Source: Tubulanus polymorphus
Lineage: Eukaryota; Animalia; Nemertea
Length of the DNA: 64,000 nucleotides
Reading direction: 5' to 3'
NCBI RefSeq assembly: GCF_964204645.1
Contig: NC_134026.1
Span: 4,983,950 to 5,047,949, forward strand
The position numbers and the translations under genes are program-made. The notes below the pieces were generated by a model. That model saw nothing but the letters and a program-made list of their open reading frames with translations, made no database searches and was not told where the DNA came from. This document shows, piece by piece, positions 60,901 to 64,000 of this stretch; positions within the stretch are counted from its first letter, which is position 1, and every line of letters starts with the position of its first letter.

Positions 60901-62760
60901 GAAGTGGTAGCATCCCGGTGACAGCAGCTTAACTTCTGGGCTACCTGGATTTAGAATAAGGTGGGGGTGCCCAGTGAACAAGACATAAGACATGAAAAAG
61001 GAGTGACATTGTCACGACTCAAATCCAAATTGTATGCTGTATGGCTAAACCGTTTTTTATATGACATGACGTCATCAGACAAAATGCTGCAAATAAAGGA
61101 ATGACTGCTTCTACAGCACATTGCGCACAGCTCAATTCGATATCGAATCCCTCACGCATTATACCTGGTTAAAATCTTATCATGCACAACTCAACAACTA
61201 ACGCCTTTTTTGTGAATCCTACTCATATGTCTTTATGAAGAAACTATATGGTGAAGAAGTAACGAATGGGGGAAGGGGGTTTCAGGTCTTTCAGTAACTG
61301 TTTTCACCGTTCAGCAACGGTTGCAGCACCGTTCGTTTCCTTCTCTTATGTAGCTATCTGCAATCTGCAATCTGAAAAAACAGTTCTTCAATATACAGGC
61401 AACTCCTCCTCCTTATCGGCACCATTCGTAGTTTGGACGATAAAAGACGAGATGGCACTGAATTAGCTAACTAAACAGACATGCATAAAGTTGCACAAGT
61501 ATGATCCCAGTATTTATGCAACTTCTGCAACTATATTACTTTTACTAGTGCAACTATAATGGGAAAGACCACTGTAACTTTACAGCGGGAGACAGGCCAT
61601 ATATGTCCATACTATGGACAGATCTATGAACAATAAATGACTAATGCAACTTGCTGTCATTATTGTTGGTCCGCAAGTTGAGGGTAAAATTAATGAAATT
61701 TTGAGCAATTTTCTGAAAAGTGAAGATTTAAAATCTCTTTATATCATAGGAGCAGGTTAAACAGAAATTCCAACGCTGGTGCATATAAACGAAGTTCTAT
61801 AATCAATTAATTATCCTCCTATCATTAAAGTTGCACAAGTAAAAATAGTAGCACAAGACGGTAGGCTCCGAAGAGACGGACGAACGGCGGACAATGTGAA
61901 CGCAGTAAAAACAACACCAAACTATTAATCAAATTATTTGAAAATTAATGAAAAAATTTAATGGGATGAAAAAGACCATACAACAAATTATCTAGAAAAT
62001 ACCATGTCACGATAATGACTAATTTTGAGAGGAGATAAAAATAGCTCTTCATCAGATTAATTTTAATGATTGTACAAAACATGACAAGAAAAAAAAACGA
62101 TTTCTAACAATCAAATACTAAAAACACTTTCAAAACAAATTTCATCACACATTTTATAAAGCAAAATAGTTCATTTCATACATTTGAGTTGGAAATAAAA
62201 TATCTCAACCCTTAACGACAGAGTCCTGAGTTTATTAAAGCATAATGATTGTTGTAATTTGATTAAATCTGTCTAATACAACTCCCTCTCTCTCTTTCTT
62301 CCCAATACACAACTGACAGTCATAAGCATCCTACCCCGGCAGGGATTATTTGAACCTGATGGCATCGAGATTGCCACGGTACGAAACACCGCCACACTAG
62401 ACCCAGTGCGCAGCTACACACGCAGCTTAGATAATGTCATTATCAGCCAATCAGATACCATTTTATTTAAGCCCAGGTTTTCCCATTTATAGTTCTTCTT
62501 CCGTGAAATTTACCTCATCGATTATACAACGAGCAATCTGATTGGTGCTGCAAGTTTTCGTGCGGCAAAGCTGCGCGTGTACCTTTGCAACTGGTCTACT
62601 GTGGCAGGGGTTTGTGCCGTGGCTGAGCGTAGCGAGAGGAGAGAGAGAGAGAGACTGACAAAGACAAGTCGCACACAATTGCGTTGTCAACCTATGCCGC
62701 CTTTAGATAATGATACAGTTCTATCCTCTGAGTTGACCCCGGAGTTTACTGACTCTGTAT

Positions 62761-63412
62761 TCAAATACTCTGATTTCTTATTGATTTGGCTTCATCGAAA
62801 TTTTTAGCGATTTCGTGGGCGATTTTACTCATTCCGATATGACTCATATTGGCCAATATTGCCACGACGACGCCTTTTGGGTACGTAGCGGTCCCCGAGG
62901 TGCTTCCAACCGCCGGATTATCTAAATCAGCCTCGGGTAAACAGAGCAGTAAACTGCTCGCGCCCATAGCCGCGCCCGTGTGGAACGTACAAAACCGGTG
63001 AAATTTACCGTTTCCGAATTTTCGAATGTACGGCACGATCACCCATCCGAGACCGAAATAAGTATCTTTATCCCAGTACGAGGCGGTCCCATCAACCGGA
63101 GCCCATAACTGATCCATCGTACTCGCGTGTAGAAACCCAGCACGATCAGACGACTGCGCGTATAGAAACGAGAGATCGTGTGACTGTTCGTTGTAACCGC
63201 TATCTTTCGACGGAAATTTAATTTTTGATTTTTCGTCTCTCGATTCCGACGATGTTTTGCTGTCGTGACGATTTTGATAACTGTACATCATCACGTTACC
63301 GAATTGAACTAAGTCACCCGCCGTCGACAGTAGGCCCCCTGCCGCCCATTTATAAGAGTTATCCACATACGCCGAGTTTTTCAGCACACCATTTTTAGCG
63401 CGATCGTAATAC
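62761..63412 (-). CDS. LACTB: Last coding exon of mitochondrial serine beta-lactamase-like protein; upstream exons probably lie right of the window
   Basis: YVDNSYKWAAGGLLSTAGDLVQFGN, YFGLGW, HTGAAMGASSLLL, GVVVAILAN match recalled LACTB. Strong acceptor TTTTTTTCAG at 63413. Confidence 0.9.
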
Positions 63413-63517
63413 CTGAAAAAAAAATAAAAAACAAAATTGATTATGAGTAAATAATTATTTGATGGCCTGCCTTATCATAGAATGTTTTAGATTATGGTAT
63501 ATGAAAGTCCCCATATA

Positions 63518-63988
63518 CAGTCAAAGCTTGTTATAACGCCAATCAAAATTTTTGCAGTATAACCAAAATGACGATCGTGAGAATTGACATAGTATACACA
63601 ACCTGATTATTAACCAAATCTAGAATTAGACATCAGTTGATCTTAATTTAGGAAGGGTCAAGAACTTAGCTCATTACATTTAGATAAAAGTAAAAAAATG
63701 ATACAGTAGATGTGTGATACTACCGACCACATGGATTGATTCTTAACCAAAAACTGGAAACGTCACTGACGAAAGATCGTTGGCGGTTTAACGAATGTTT
63801 TCTCTATGAGTTTGAATAGGACCATTAGGCCTATAGGATTTCGTTGGGGTTATGGCGGAGGGTGAGAGGTGGTTTAACGAGAGCTATTTACATACGCATA
63901 GATACCAAAATGAACTGTGCACAATGAAATTCTTGGGGATAGGCGAATTTGGCGGTTTTACAGATGGCGGTATAACGAGCTTTGACTG
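63518..63988. mobile_element. Tc1/mariner (pogo/Tigger-type) MITE, 471 bp, in a LACTB intron
   Basis: TA|CAGTCAAAGCTTGTTATAACGCC ... GGCGGTATAACGAGCTTTGACTG|TA: 23-bp inverted repeats with 2 mismatches and a TA duplication. Confidence 0.85.
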
Positions 63989-64000
63989 TATTCAGTTCGC

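Noticed and set aside
60697-60993. 98-aa minus-strand ORF in a slightly GC-richer patch
   Set aside because: No recognisable domain or supporting exon chain; likely UTR or repeat-derived.
62761-63412. Beta-lactamase as bacterial contamination or horizontal transfer
   Set aside because: It matches metazoan mitochondrial LACTB motifs and is preceded by a spliceosomal acceptor.

Overview
Eukaryotic, AT-rich, gene-dense animal DNA with short GT-AG introns; gene content suggests a marine invertebrate, possibly lophotrochozoan, but the species cannot be called from sequence. Gene order: first exon of a secreted protein (-, leaves the window), ~7 kb non-coding, PRDM14 (+, 9 coding exons), THOC5 (-), a 2-Ig type I membrane protein (-), an MS4A/CD20-like protein (-), a membrane mucin with a 42-bp tandem repeat and an in-frame TGA in exon 1 (+), two paralogous CAP-EGF-ShK-like genes (+) flanking a divergent Orai (-), three rhodopsin-type GPCRs plus a frameshifted GPCR duplicate, a catalytically dead membrane-anchored carboxylesterase-like protein (-), a Tctex1-domain dynein light chain (+) and the last exon of LACTB (-). 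Several MITEs and an (AT)n tract are present. Strongest oddities: (1) a ~265-bp intronic palindrome whose centre holds two back-to-back minimal type I hammerhead ribozymes (Penelope-like element remnant); (2) the in-frame UGA in the mucin; (3) an Orai with R91, A103 and E190 equivalents substituted; (4) basic versus acidic tails on the two CAP paralogs. All exon models and homology calls were made by eye, without database searches.
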